Notes: generated by a model not told the origin, from the sequence alone. Positions 20,486 to 30,271 are shown, counted from the first letter of the stretch. The stretch is DNA of 64,000 bases from Actinomycetes bacterium (GCA_021841005.1 JAKBVZ010000010.1:6302-70301), one strand, 5' to 3'. A program made the numbers and translations.

Positions 20486-21097
20486 CTATCCAGTCTTCAA
20501 CAGGAATAGACAGCTGAACAGCCCTATCCACATAATATCTACAAAATGCCAATAGTAGCTCACTCCTTGGAATACGCTCAGCTCTCCCGGATCTCCCGAC
20601 GCTCCACGCATCCTCATAAGCAGGAACAGCATCGCCACCAGCCCCAACAAGACATGCAGACCGTGCAGACCGGTCATCAGGAAGAACAATGATCCATACG
20701 CGTTGGTATTCGCACGCGTTGTCAATGTGACCCATTCCACACCTTGGTTGATCACGAAGGCAAGCCCCAAGATAAAGCTGATCACCACCCAACGGCGTGC
20801 CTTCGCCCGGTTGCCCTTTTCAATTTCCCATACAGCCTTTTGCATGGTAGGACTGGACGCCAGTAGAACAACCGTAAAGATGGATGCCTGCACCAGATCA
20901 AGCTTGGTCCCGGGCGGTGGCCATACAGCGGCATGAGCACGTATAGTAAAATAGGCAGCAAACAGCCCGCTGAAGAACATCATTTCGGACCCGAGCCAGA
21001 TCAGTATGCCGACACCCAGTAACGAGGGACGCTCGAATTTGCGCCTCACCCTGTCTCCATCGAGACCCACCGGCTCGAACGTCATTGTCTGGGCCAT
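20486..21097 (-). CDS. ctaE: Cytochrome c oxidase subunit III
   Basis: 203 aa polytopic protein with CtaE-like sequence (TGLHGLHVLLG), directly upstream of qcrC. Confidence 0.9.
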   Translation of the reverse strand: MAQTMTFEPVGLDGDRVRRKFERPSLLGVGILIWLGSEMMFFSGLFAAYFTIRAHAAVWPPPGTKLDLVQASIFTVVLLASSPTMQKAVWEIEKGNRAKARRWVVISFILGLAFVINQGVEWVTLTTRANTNAYGSLFFLMTGLHGLHVLLGLVAMLFLLMRMRGASGDPGELSVFQGVSYYWHFVDIMWIGLFSCLFLLKTG

Positions 21098-21411
21098 GTC
21101 AATTACCTCGCCTGCCAGTGAATACCATTGAAATCACCGGCCCACCACGGATGCCTAGTATAGTTGGTCCTGTTCCCATTTTTTCCCTGCTTCCAATCCC
21201 GTCGTCCGTTCCCATTCCATTCCCTGCTCCCACCACCTTCCCATGCAGTCCTTCCATACCGGCAGCCATCATTCAGGCTGCATGGCAATCAAACTGTGCC
21301 GGCACCCCTGTTCGCTGCAACCAAGGCCACCGCAAACCAGATTAGCTGAACGCCGACATCTTATCAAAATACCTGGTACATAGTCACATTACAAGTCATG
21401 TTGCAAGAGGC

Positions 21412-24051
21412 TCAGCCGCGCGTTTCCAGATGGCTCAGCAACTTCGGCAACGTACCTGAATACACTACATAAAGTGCCTTGGTAGGCCGCGTCATCGCTA
21501 CATACAAGCTGCGCAGTCCCATGGGGTACTCATCTATGACACCTGCTGGATCTACGACAACCACTGTATCGAATTCCAGACCATTGGCCATCGCTGCGGG
21601 CACCACACTCAGCCCGGATGCCACGCCGGTACCACCGCTAACTTGCGTGACATCCCTTCCTACATTGCGAAGCGCTCCGGCAAGATCCTCGCAGAGTGAG
21701 GCAGGCGCAATCAAGGCGCATGTGCCCGCCGACTCCGGAGTGTATATATCTCCGATAACGCCAGCCACGCCTATCCCTATCTCCCCCTCCACCCTGATTG
21801 CGGCAGGACGTACACCCGCCACGCGAAGCGTTCTCGGGACAGTGCGCTCCACCATATACGCAGCAAGGACGGGTTCGGCTGCTTCCAGTATCTCTCGCGG
21901 TGTACGGTAACTCACCGTCAGCTCAACGACATCAATGGTCCTCTTCAAATGCATGTGAGCAAGCACATCGTTCCACGATGAAGGAGGGTCGGGACCCACT
22001 GCCTGCGCTATGTCCCCGGCAAGCGTCATGTCCCCCGAGAGGGAGCGCCGCGCTATGACACGCAACTCCATCGCAGAAAGCCCTTGGGCCTCATCGACCA
22101 CTATATAGCCATACTTCCTGGCTCGATCGTAGTCAGGGTGGCCACTAGCTGTGTAATGACCTGCCGGGCCGTGACGGTCATATGCACCAGGTCCACCGAC
22201 ACCAGCATGGGGCTTCCTCCTGGCTGCATTGCCGTCGAGTGGACCAAGCAGCGTCCTAGCCTCATCCAGCAAGGCTACATCCTCCTGCGACCATCGTGTA
22301 CGCGAGGAACTCGTGTACCCCTCCGTGCCCGTGCTGGCGTCTCCACATCGTCGTCTCTCCAGCAGCGCCAGTTCCTCTGGATGGAAGATCCCTTTCCCAG
22401 CTGCAGTAATAAGGACACTGGAACTGAAGAGATCGTAGAGGAACTCTTCTGCTGCCAGCCGAGGCCACATCCTGTCAAGAGCTATCTGCAGTTCCGGCAC
22501 TCTGAGCAAGCGACGGATCGTCCTGGCATCCAGCTCTTCCTGCGACACCAGTCCCTCTTCTTCGATCTCGGCTGGGAACGCTGTATCCGTACCTTCCACC
22601 CAAAGCCCACCAGACGCCTGATCGTCAGACGCCTGATCGTCAGCGCCGTCACTGCTTGGAGCGCTTCGGGCATCCGGAAAACCTTGGGAACCTTGGGAAC
22701 CTTGGGAACCTTGGGAACCTTGGGAACCTTGGGAACCTTGGGAACCTTGGGAACCTTGGGAACCTTGGGAACCTTCCATCTGCATGAGCATCGGACCATC
22801 CGTCTCCTGCTCAATGCAGGGCTCGATCTGGTCGCTGGAGATCCACCCCTCCGCAGCCTTATCAGGACGGACTTGCCTGACCCGGCTTGCTCTTTCCTTG
22901 TACTGTTCGAGCAGGTACCTGCATACCAGTGTTTCCAGGTACCGCCTCTTCACGTTGTGCGTTCCCTTGCGTGCTTTCACCTCTGCCACGAATCCAGCGC
23001 TTTGCGCAGCAGGGAGAACAAGCATGGTGGAACCGAAGGGTATCTCGCAATCATGCCGGAGGGGGCGCTGCCGGGTCCTCACGGCCCTACGTAGCAAAAC
23101 CGCCATACGAGCATCACCCTTGACCTTGGCGGTCATAAAATTATCCTTGTAGCTTGCCCGTATACCCCGTACAAGCCCCTGAACCGACGAGAGTGTGACG
23201 CCGCTCTCCCCCAGAGAAGGTAGTACGTGCTCTATATACCTCAAGAACACCGGGTTTGGGCCAACCACCAGCACGCCCTGAGTTTCCAGAGGAAACCGAT
23301 GAGTATAAAGAAGGTAAGCAGCCCTGTGCAATGCTACAGCCGTTTTACCGGTACCCGGCCCTCCCTGAACAACCAGAACTCCGCGGATGGGAGCCCTGAT
23401 TATTTCGTCCTGCTCGCCCTGTATGGTGGAGATCATGTCGCTCATACGTGAATCCCTTGGTCGTTCCAGCGCCGCAAGCAGGGCCCCAGGTGGCCCTGGA
23501 TCCACAACCTCCTCGCCGGCTCCGTTACCACCTTGCAACTCTCCGGCATCCGTCTCGAGCGAAAATCTTTCATCCTCGATAGATAGAACCTTCCGAGAGG
23601 CTACTTCTACGTGACGCCTCAGCACCAGCCCCATGGGATCCCGTCCAGTGGCGCGATAGAACGGCTCAGCGACGGGGGCTCTCCAATCGACCACCAATGG
23701 GTCCAAATTCTCATCCAGTATGCCCAAACGTCCGATATGGTAGGTTGCCTTGCCATCCTGTTCGCCTGACACATCGATGCGACCGAACAGAAGTGGCCTG
23801 TTGCCCACATCCGTCCGGGACATGGTACGCAAAATAGACTCAACCGCAGCATCACGTTCGAAACGCCCCTGGTGGGTACCTCCTCTATCCTGGCGGTACA
23901 GCCCAACCAGGCGCGATCTGGCACCAGCCGTCAGCTCTGCAAGCCTACGGTAGGCATTATCCAGATGAGCCTGTTCCAGAGCTATTTCTTGCGCCAAGGA
24001 TAGTTGCCGTGAAGAACCAGGAATGGTTTCACCCGTGCCAACGCCCTCCAT
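21412..24051 (-). CDS. helD: HelD-like UvrD-family helicase (RNA polymerase-associated)
   Basis: HelD N-terminal signature VVDWRAPVAEPFYRAT, Walker A GGPGTGKT and a UvrD C-terminal domain. It contains a (GSQ)10 insertion. Confidence 0.8.
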   Translation of the reverse strand: MEGVGTGETIPGSSRQLSLAQEIALEQAHLDNAYRRLAELTAGARSRLVGLYRQDRGGTHQGRFERDAAVESILRTMSRTDVGNRPLLFGRIDVSGEQDGKATYHIGRLGILDENLDPLVVDWRAPVAEPFYRATGRDPMGLVLRRHVEVASRKVLSIEDERFSLETDAGELQGGNGAGEEVVDPGPPGALLAALERPRDSRMSDMISTIQGEQDEIIRAPIRGVLVVQGGPGTGKTAVALHRAAYLLYTHRFPLETQGVLVVGPNPVFLRYIEHVLPSLGESGVTLSSVQGLVRGIRASYKDNFMTAKVKGDARMAVLLRRAVRTRQRPLRHDCEIPFGSTMLVLPAAQSAGFVAEVKARKGTHNVKRRYLETLVCRYLLEQYKERASRVRQVRPDKAAEGWISSDQIEPCIEQETDGPMLMQMEGSQGSQGSQGSQGSQGSQGSQGSQGSQGSQGFPDARSAPSSDGADDQASDDQASGGLWVEGTDTAFPAEIEEEGLVSQEELDARTIRRLLRVPELQIALDRMWPRLAAEEFLYDLFSSSVLITAAGKGIFHPEELALLERRRCGDASTGTEGYTSSSRTRWSQEDVALLDEARTLLGPLDGNAARRKPHAGVGGPGAYDRHGPAGHYTASGHPDYDRARKYGYIVVDEAQGLSAMELRVIARRSLSGDMTLAGDIAQAVGPDPPSSWNDVLAHMHLKRTIDVVELTVSYRTPREILEAAEPVLAAYMVERTVPRTLRVAGVRPAAIRVEGEIGIGVAGVIGDIYTPESAGTCALIAPASLCEDLAGALRNVGRDVTQVSGGTGVASGLSVVPAAMANGLEFDTVVVVDPAGVIDEYPMGLRSLYVAMTRPTKALYVVYSGTLPKLLSHLETRG
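22611..22640. repeat. In-frame tandem duplication, 15 bp x2, in helD (DDQAS x2)
   Basis: CAGACGCCTGATCGT occurs twice. Confidence 0.9.
22681..22776. repeat. Perfect 9-bp microsatellite (GGAACCTTG, ~10 units) in frame in helD, encoding (GSQ)10
   Basis: Nine perfect units at 22687-22767 plus partial flanking units. Confidence 0.95.
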
Positions 24052-24400
24052 ATCTCAACTCCATCCTTTCATACTGCCGCCCAAAACGGATCAATCCGCC
24101 TCCACCAGGCTGACGTGTTCCTGAATCACCAGGCTCTGCGCTCGTAGGCGGCACATCAAGCGCATTTACCGTAACAATCGAGACATATTATTATAGTCTA
24201 AATCCTCCTTGGATAGCCGATCTGAGTGCCACTACGACCCACTGCAGCAGGTGATTCTGCCGATTCGCAGCCTGTAGTGGGTCGCTACATCCTGGTGCTG
24301 TTGCGACAACACCCCCCGGCAGGGATAATGTGCAATTATGTCCCCATCCAGAGACGCACGCCCGCAACCCCCCGTCCAGAAGGACGGAACAGCTCACAAC

Positions 24401-25483
24401 ATGCCACCTGAAGAGGCACCGGCCTTCCTGCTCGCCTCCGCTCATCGCCGCACCAGCCATGTGCCGGTATGGTTCATGCGCCAGGCCGGCCGGTCGTTGC
24501 CGGAATACAGGAAGCTTCGCGGCAATGGATCCATTCTCGATGTAATACGATCTCCTGAAATCGCGGCGGAAATGACCCTGCAACCCGTCAGGCGTTACGG
24601 TGTCGATGCCGCGATCCTCTACTCCGACATCATGGTTCCCCCGGCAGCAATCGGCTACGGAGTGGAAGTCACCCAGGGACGCGGCCCCTACGTGCCGTCG
24701 CCGTTCCGCTCACCGGCGGACCTAGGTAGGCTGCGAGCGCTGGAGCCGGAAGTGGATATACCATTTGTCATCGAGACCGTACAACACGTTGCCGGAGAGC
24801 TGTGCCACATAGGTGTCCCTCTCATAGGTTTTGCCGGAGGGCCATTCACGGTAGCCAGTTACCTGATAGAAGGAGGGAGCTCGAAGGACTACGTCAGGAC
24901 AAAGTCGCTAATGAGATCGGAACCTGTAGTCTTTGCAGAATTGCTGTCGAGGCTGGGCACCCTGGCTCTCGATTTTCTCAAAGCTCAAGTCAGCGCAGGT
25001 GCAAGTGCAGTACAGATCTTCGACTCCTGGGCAGGTACACTTTCTGCGAGCGAGTACAAGAGTTATGTGTTGCCATCGGTAACAGCGCTCATGGAAGGAC
25101 TTGCCCCGCTCCGGGTACCACGCATCTACTTCGCGGTATCGGCCTCTCACCTACTCGACCTGGTGGCGTCCAGCGGGTGCGACATCATAAGCATCGATTG
25201 GCGGATGTCGTTAAGGCTCGCGAGAAAGCAGCTCGAATCCCATGGGATGCATCAAGCATTGCAAGGCAACCTCGATCCGACCTGCTGCCTGGCTCCATGG
25301 GAGGTACTGGAGAAGGAGGCAATGGCAACTCTCGAAGCGGGACAGGGGATCGGCCACATCTTCAACCTTGGCCACGGAGTACTGCCCGATACTGACCCGG
25401 CGATGCTGGAACGGCTAGTGGAACTGATCCATTCGGTTCCGCTCGACACCCTGGTCGGCAGAACCTCGGATGACCCACGATGA
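24401..25483 (+). CDS. hemE: Uroporphyrinogen decarboxylase
   Basis: PVWFMRQAGR motif. ATG 24401 gives the canonical N-terminal length (the ORF is open from 24338). Confidence 0.9.
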   Translation: MPPEEAPAFLLASAHRRTSHVPVWFMRQAGRSLPEYRKLRGNGSILDVIRSPEIAAEMTLQPVRRYGVDAAILYSDIMVPPAAIGYGVEVTQGRGPYVPSPFRSPADLGRLRALEPEVDIPFVIETVQHVAGELCHIGVPLIGFAGGPFTVASYLIEGGSSKDYVRTKSLMRSEPVVFAELLSRLGTLALDFLKAQVSAGASAVQIFDSWAGTLSASEYKSYVLPSVTALMEGLAPLRVPRIYFAVSASHLLDLVASSGCDIISIDWRMSLRLARKQLESHGMHQALQGNLDPTCCLAPWEVLEKEAMATLEAGQGIGHIFNLGHGVLPDTDPAMLERLVELIHSVPLDTLVGRTSDDPR

Positions 25484-25553
25484 TTACTGGCAATAAAGAC
25501 ACCGCAGGGAGCACCAGTGATGTCACCGCTTACACCGTGGGTAGTCAGCCTGC

Positions 25554-26654
25554 ATGATCGGCATACTACTGATGGCGCACGGAACTCCAGCTGATTCTCA
25601 GGAAATACCGTCATTTCTCGAGTCCATACGCTCGCACAAGCCGTCGCAACCGGAACTGGACGACCTAGAGAAACGTTACCAAGCGATAGGCGGGATGTCT
25701 CCCCTGGCTCAGCTCACGGAAGTACACCGCGATAACCTCGTCCAAGTACTGGACGACAAGTATCCGGGCCGGTTTGCGGTAGCGGTAGGAATGAAGCATG
25801 CCAAGCCATCCATAGAAGACGGTCTGGCTTCACTGGAGCAGGCAGGTGCGGCAAGTATAATAGGATTGGCCCTTGCTCCCCACTACTCACGGGCTAGCAT
25901 AGGCGACTATGAGAACCGCGTACGTGCAGCAATGCGCCTTGACCTCAGCACCGACTCTCGTACAACTTTCCGCATGGTGAAGTCATGGCATCTCGCTCCA
26001 GGACTTATAGAACTCTGGTCTGAACGGATCAAAGATGCAATCGTCTCGCTGCAAAGTGTGATAGAGAAAGAAACGGGGGGCAAATCGGCAAGGCAGGAGG
26101 GGTCGGCAGGGCAAGAACAATTAGCGGAACAGGAGAAGCCGGCAGGCCAGGAAAGGCCAGAAAAGTCGGGTGCCGGTATGCCGGATGACCCTGGATCGGC
26201 TGGCAACGACTCCGCGATACATGTGATCTTTACTGCGCACAGCCTCCCGGCACGCTTGACCGACCAAGGCGATCCTTATGCTGGGCAGGTCAATGAAACT
26301 GCTGCCGCCATAGCCAAGCATGCCAGTCTCGAGCACTGGTCCGTAGCATGGCAAAGCGCCCCCATGCACATCAGAGAACCTTGGCTGGAGCCTGACGTGA
26401 AGGATGCTATAAGTGCTCTGGCAGATACCGGGTGCAAGGCCGTGGCCATCTGCCCGGTAGGGTTCGTATCAGATCATCTGGAGACTCTCTACGATCTCGA
26501 CATAGTCGCCCGAGAGTCGGCGAATCTCGGAGGTATCGCTTTCGACCGGTGCAAGTCTCTCGACCACGACATGCGACTGGCCGAAGTGCTGGCAAGCATC
26601 GTCTACATGGAAATGAATGGGAGTGAGGAGATGGGAATGAGGAGATGGGAATGA
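25554..26654 (+). CDS. hemH: Ferrochelatase (coproporphyrin ferrochelatase type)
   Basis: Ferrochelatase motifs (LLMAHGTP, FTAHSLP, CPVGFVSDHLETLYD). A low-complexity insert of about 40 aa is present. Confidence 0.9.
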   Translation: MIGILLMAHGTPADSQEIPSFLESIRSHKPSQPELDDLEKRYQAIGGMSPLAQLTEVHRDNLVQVLDDKYPGRFAVAVGMKHAKPSIEDGLASLEQAGAASIIGLALAPHYSRASIGDYENRVRAAMRLDLSTDSRTTFRMVKSWHLAPGLIELWSERIKDAIVSLQSVIEKETGGKSARQEGSAGQEQLAEQEKPAGQERPEKSGAGMPDDPGSAGNDSAIHVIFTAHSLPARLTDQGDPYAGQVNETAAAIAKHASLEHWSVAWQSAPMHIREPWLEPDVKDAISALADTGCKAVAICPVGFVSDHLETLYDLDIVARESANLGGIAFDRCKSLDHDMRLAEVLASIVYMEMNGSEEMGMRRWE

Positions 26655-26657
26655 GGA
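26625..26657. repeat. 14-bp tandem duplication (x2.4) spanning the hemH stop and the hemY RBS/start
   Basis: GAGGAGATGGGAAT at 26625-26638 and 26639-26652, then GAGGA. Confidence 0.9.
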
Positions 26658-28396
26658 TAGCCATCATAGGTGGGGGCATCTCCGGGCTGGTTGCCGCCAG
26701 ATCTCTGTCTATTGCCGCCCGCTCTGGCGAGTTTGGCGGAAATCTGGATGTCGATCTGTACGAAAGTACCGGTAGCCTTGGTGGCAAGCTCTCCAGCACC
26801 GATTTTGCGGGAGTAACCGTGGATACCGGACCTGAATCCTTCCTGGCTCGCCGTCCAGAGGCGGTAACGCTCTGCAGAGAACTCGGCCTCGAAGATCATC
26901 TTGCCCCCCCTGGAGCTTCTGGAGCATTCATAGCCATCGGCGACGATCTCAAGAGAATCCCATCCAATCTTGCCCTCGGAGTGCCAACACGCTTGGGACC
27001 GCTCGCACGGTCTGTATTGGAGCAACGTATATTGACTTTTCGTGGCATGTCCCGTTTTGCCGCTGGCTTCCTCTTACCCTCGCTACTTCCCGCGGACATC
27101 CACGTAGACGGACACCACTATCCAGCGTTCTCGCACACAGCCGCCGATGATGCAGATCTCGGGAGGCTGATCGAGCGGCATATGGGTCGCGAGGTCGCCA
27201 GGCACCTGGCTGATCCACTGATAGGGGGCATTCATGCCGGAAGCATCTATGGCATGAGCGCGGCAGCGGTGTTCCCTCCCATATTCGAAGCAAGCAAGGA
27301 ACGCGGCAGCTTGGCGGTCAATCTGGCTCGCAGGATGTCTGCCGGTGGACCTGCCAATAGCCGCAGCAAGCATCGCGACCATGACGCCGGTGACAACCAC
27401 CGTGCAAGCCCTGGTAGCAGTGGTGGCCCTAGTGTCAGCAACAGCTCTGGTAGTGCCGCGGCTCCTGTATTCTATGCCCTCGAGGGAGGCATGAGCACCC
27501 TGGTACGTGCGCTGGAGAATGACATAATCCACCGGGGAGTCACGATCCACAAAGATACACCTGTAGTTGCCGTGGACAGGCTCCGGGGCAAATGGCGTCT
27601 AGCTGTAAGTACACCCACGGGTACGGCTAAGCGAGCAGGCAGCAGTGGAAGTGGAAGTGGAAGTGGAAGTGGAAGTGGAAGTGGAAGTGGAACGGATGTC
27701 GGGGTAGTCACGGGGGCAACAGCAATGACGGGTGCAAGACAAGGTACAGACGCCAAGGAAAAAGGAGACGGCGGGAACAAGCCTGGCGGCGGCCAAGACA
27801 CCTACGACGGTATCGTACTTGCATTGCCGGCTGGTGCCGCAGGAAGGCTTATCCAGCCTATTGCTCCTGAGGTTGCCCGTATGCTGTCGAGAATACCTTA
27901 CGCCTCGGTATCCGTGGTCACCCTGCATGTCGAGCATCCGGCAGCGAACGACCTACCGGACGGCACAGGGTATGTCGTACCAGCAGACAGCGGGCAGATG
28001 GTAACGGCGTGTACGTTCCTCTCGAAAAAGTGGCCTCACCTCGCGACCGGTCGCGGGTCCCTCTTGCGAGTATCCCTCGGGCGCTACAGAGACAGCCGGC
28101 ATCTCTCCCTTGACAAGCAGGGCCTAGTCGAAACTGTGACTACCGAGTTGGAGCAGATGCTTCACCGGCATATCGATACCCGCGCTTCGCTCGTTACGCG
28201 TTGGATGGACGCTTTCCCACAATATCGTGTCGGGCACCTTGCCATGGTGGAGCAAATCCGCCGCACCCTTCCTGAGATCGGACCAGTCTCACTAGCTGGT
28301 GCAGCTTACGGAGGTGTAGGGATACCGGCATGCATCAAGAGCGGCCATGATGCCATGACATCCATCCTCGAACAGCTACGGAACGCCACATGGTAG
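26645..28396 (+). CDS. hemY: Protoporphyrinogen/coproporphyrinogen III oxidase (HemY/CgoX)
   Basis: FAD-binding N-terminus IAIIGGGISGL and HemY-family similarity. It follows hemE and hemH. Confidence 0.85.
   Translation: MGMRIAIIGGGISGLVAARSLSIAARSGEFGGNLDVDLYESTGSLGGKLSSTDFAGVTVDTGPESFLARRPEAVTLCRELGLEDHLAPPGASGAFIAIGDDLKRIPSNLALGVPTRLGPLARSVLEQRILTFRGMSRFAAGFLLPSLLPADIHVDGHHYPAFSHTAADDADLGRLIERHMGREVARHLADPLIGGIHAGSIYGMSAAAVFPPIFEASKERGSLAVNLARRMSAGGPANSRSKHRDHDAGDNHRASPGSSGGPSVSNSSGSAAAPVFYALEGGMSTLVRALENDIIHRGVTIHKDTPVVAVDRLRGKWRLAVSTPTGTAKRAGSSGSGSGSGSGSGSGSGTDVGVVTGATAMTGARQGTDAKEKGDGGNKPGGGQDTYDGIVLALPAGAAGRLIQPIAPEVARMLSRIPYASVSVVTLHVEHPAANDLPDGTGYVVPADSGQMVTACTFLSKKWPHLATGRGSLLRVSLGRYRDSRHLSLDKQGLVETVTTELEQMLHRHIDTRASLVTRWMDAFPQYRVGHLAMVEQIRRTLPEIGPVSLAGAAYGGVGIPACIKSGHDAMTSILEQLRNATW
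27647..27688. repeat. 6-bp microsatellite (GGAAGT x7) in frame in hemY, encoding (GS)n
   Basis: Seven perfect units. Confidence 0.95.
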
Positions 28397-30102
28397 CAGG
28401 TGACCGGAGTGTGTCCACGGTTCCGGACATTCAGGACTCCACGGTTGCACCTACTGACACCCGGCGCGCCAGGCCGGATCCCAGGCGCCCATCCAAGCGC
28501 CGCTACAGGGTCCTTGCCGCTCTCGCTGGCGGCGCGCTGGCGGCCCTGTCGCTCCCCCCATGGGGATGGTGGATACTTGCCTTCCCTGCCACGGGAATAG
28601 CCTATCTCGCTCTCGACGGGCTCCGGTGGAAAGCAAGGTTTACCGTTGGCTGGGCATTCGGACTAGGGATGCTGGTTCCAGGACTGTGGTGGTCGTTTAC
28701 GTTCAATGTGTACGGAGGCTGCGTGCTCATGGTAGCCGAGGCTCTCTTCCTGGCGGTTGCCGCTACGGCAGTACCTTCAAAAGGCGCAAGGATACTGGCC
28801 CTGCCAGCAGCCATGGTGTTGGCCGAGTACTTCCGGGAAAGATGGCCATTCGGTGGGCTGCCCGTAGGAGGGATAGAACTCGGGCAGGCGGCTTCTCCCC
28901 TGGGCGCGACATCCAGGGTTGGGGGACCCCTCCTGATCGTCTGGCTGGTATGGCTATCCGGCTGTGGACTGGCGATCCTGTGCCTATCTTTCTGGCCGCG
29001 CCTGCGACACCGATTCGAAAACGCTGAGCCGGCCGGCAGCACTCGCTCCACGATCACTCCCGCATCTTCTCTCCGCAGGGTGGCTCGATGTCCAGGAACT
29101 CTGCGAGAGCGCACTTGCAGGTCGATGGTTGTTGGATCAGCTGCACTCGCTGTTGTCGTCATAGTGAGCGTACTTGCAGCGGTGGCACCAGACGGGGGCC
29201 CGCCTACCGGGCATCTACGCGTAGCATCCGTTCAGGGTGGCGGACGCCGGGGGACGATCGCATTGCAAGTCAATCCGCTCACGGTATTTTACGCTGCCGT
29301 CGATGCCACGGAGGAGATACCGCACTTGGACAAGGGAAAGCCTCCCCAGCTCATAGTCTGGCCAGAGGACACCGTCGCGCTGTACGGGCATCTCCGGGGG
29401 TCCGAACACGAGCTGATACTCCAGAGTCTAGCGCGTTCACTTCATGCAACACTGGAAGCCGGGGTGACAGAACCGGTCGGCTCCACCCGGTTCGAGAACT
29501 TCTCCGTTGCCTTTTCCCCTACAGGCAAGATCGTTAGTCGATACGAGAAGATACATAGGGTTCCCTTCGGCGAATACGTTCCCTACAGGTCGTTCTTCAA
29601 GCACCTTGCCAACCTGAAGGACATCCCAAGAAACGCAATACCTGGACACGGACCTGCCATCCTCAATACGCCAGCCGGCAAGTTCGGTATCATGATATCT
29701 TTCGAAACCTTTTTTGCCCGCAGGGGAAGAGCAGCCACAAGAGAAGGCGGCAGGCTGCTACTCGTCCCCACCAATACCAACTCCTACGCGGCAAGCCAGA
29801 TGCCCAGCCAGGAAATAGCGGCTTCCCGGCTACGGGCAATCGAGGAGGGCCGCGATCTTGTACAGTCGGCACCGACAGGATACTCTGCCCTGATCAACAA
29901 CCAAGGCCAAGTCATGCAACTGAGCACCCTCGCCAAACGCCAAGTCCTCATAGGCGATGTCGCCCTCAGAAATGGTGCCACTTTGTACGAGCGCTTTGGC
30001 GACCTGCCCATTCTTATAATCGCCATCCTATCCCTACTGGTCGCGTGGGGACTCGAAGTTGACCGCAGGCTGCGAAAGAAACGTCGCAAAATCTCAAAGT
30101 GA
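28390..30102 (+). CDS. lnt: Apolipoprotein N-acyltransferase-like protein (Lnt family; catalytic Cys replaced by Ser)
   Basis: N-terminal polytopic domain plus a CN-hydrolase domain (IVWPED, KIHRVPFGEY). The expected ICxE is ISFE here. Confidence 0.8.
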   Translation: MVAGDRSVSTVPDIQDSTVAPTDTRRARPDPRRPSKRRYRVLAALAGGALAALSLPPWGWWILAFPATGIAYLALDGLRWKARFTVGWAFGLGMLVPGLWWSFTFNVYGGCVLMVAEALFLAVAATAVPSKGARILALPAAMVLAEYFRERWPFGGLPVGGIELGQAASPLGATSRVGGPLLIVWLVWLSGCGLAILCLSFWPRLRHRFENAEPAGSTRSTITPASSLRRVARCPGTLRERTCRSMVVGSAALAVVVIVSVLAAVAPDGGPPTGHLRVASVQGGGRRGTIALQVNPLTVFYAAVDATEEIPHLDKGKPPQLIVWPEDTVALYGHLRGSEHELILQSLARSLHATLEAGVTEPVGSTRFENFSVAFSPTGKIVSRYEKIHRVPFGEYVPYRSFFKHLANLKDIPRNAIPGHGPAILNTPAGKFGIMISFETFFARRGRAATREGGRLLLVPTNTNSYAASQMPSQEIAASRLRAIEEGRDLVQSAPTGYSALINNQGQVMQLSTLAKRQVLIGDVALRNGATLYERFGDLPILIIAILSLLVAWGLEVDRRLRKKRRKISK

Positions 30103-30124
30103 AAGCCTCAAAGTGAAAACCTCA
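30093..30124. repeat. 14-bp tandem duplication (x2.3) spanning the lnt stop codon
   Basis: CTCAAAGTGAAAGC / CTCAAAGTGAAAAC / CTCA; the stop TGA is at 30100-30102. Confidence 0.9.
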
Positions 30125-30271
30125 GAGCAGGTAGGATAGACAACCGAACACACCGTACTCAACGGCGCTTGCATCCTCAACGTGAACAGTCGAGCCCCAC
30201 ATCCAGCGTGCGCCGTTTGTGTTCGACAACACCTCGAGAAGCACCTGAGTGCCGTTAATGGTCAGGGTCGG

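Noticed and set aside
21165-21240. A degenerate ~37-bp repeat upstream of ctaE (GTTCCCATT...CCCTGCT(T)CC twice)
   Set aside because: The match is imperfect and short, with no insert-like middle segment. It is probably low-complexity pyrimidine-rich leader sequence.
22084-23094. Long antisense or alternative-frame ORFs in the track, for example 22084-23094, 50504-51583, 45545-46390, 16272-17150, 35882-36715 and 28602-29162
   Set aside because: All of them lie opposite or out of frame within strongly supported genes (helD, purL, purK, qcrB, purF, lnt). Their composition is Arg/Pro/Ser-rich and low complexity, typical of shadow ORFs in GC-rich DNA.
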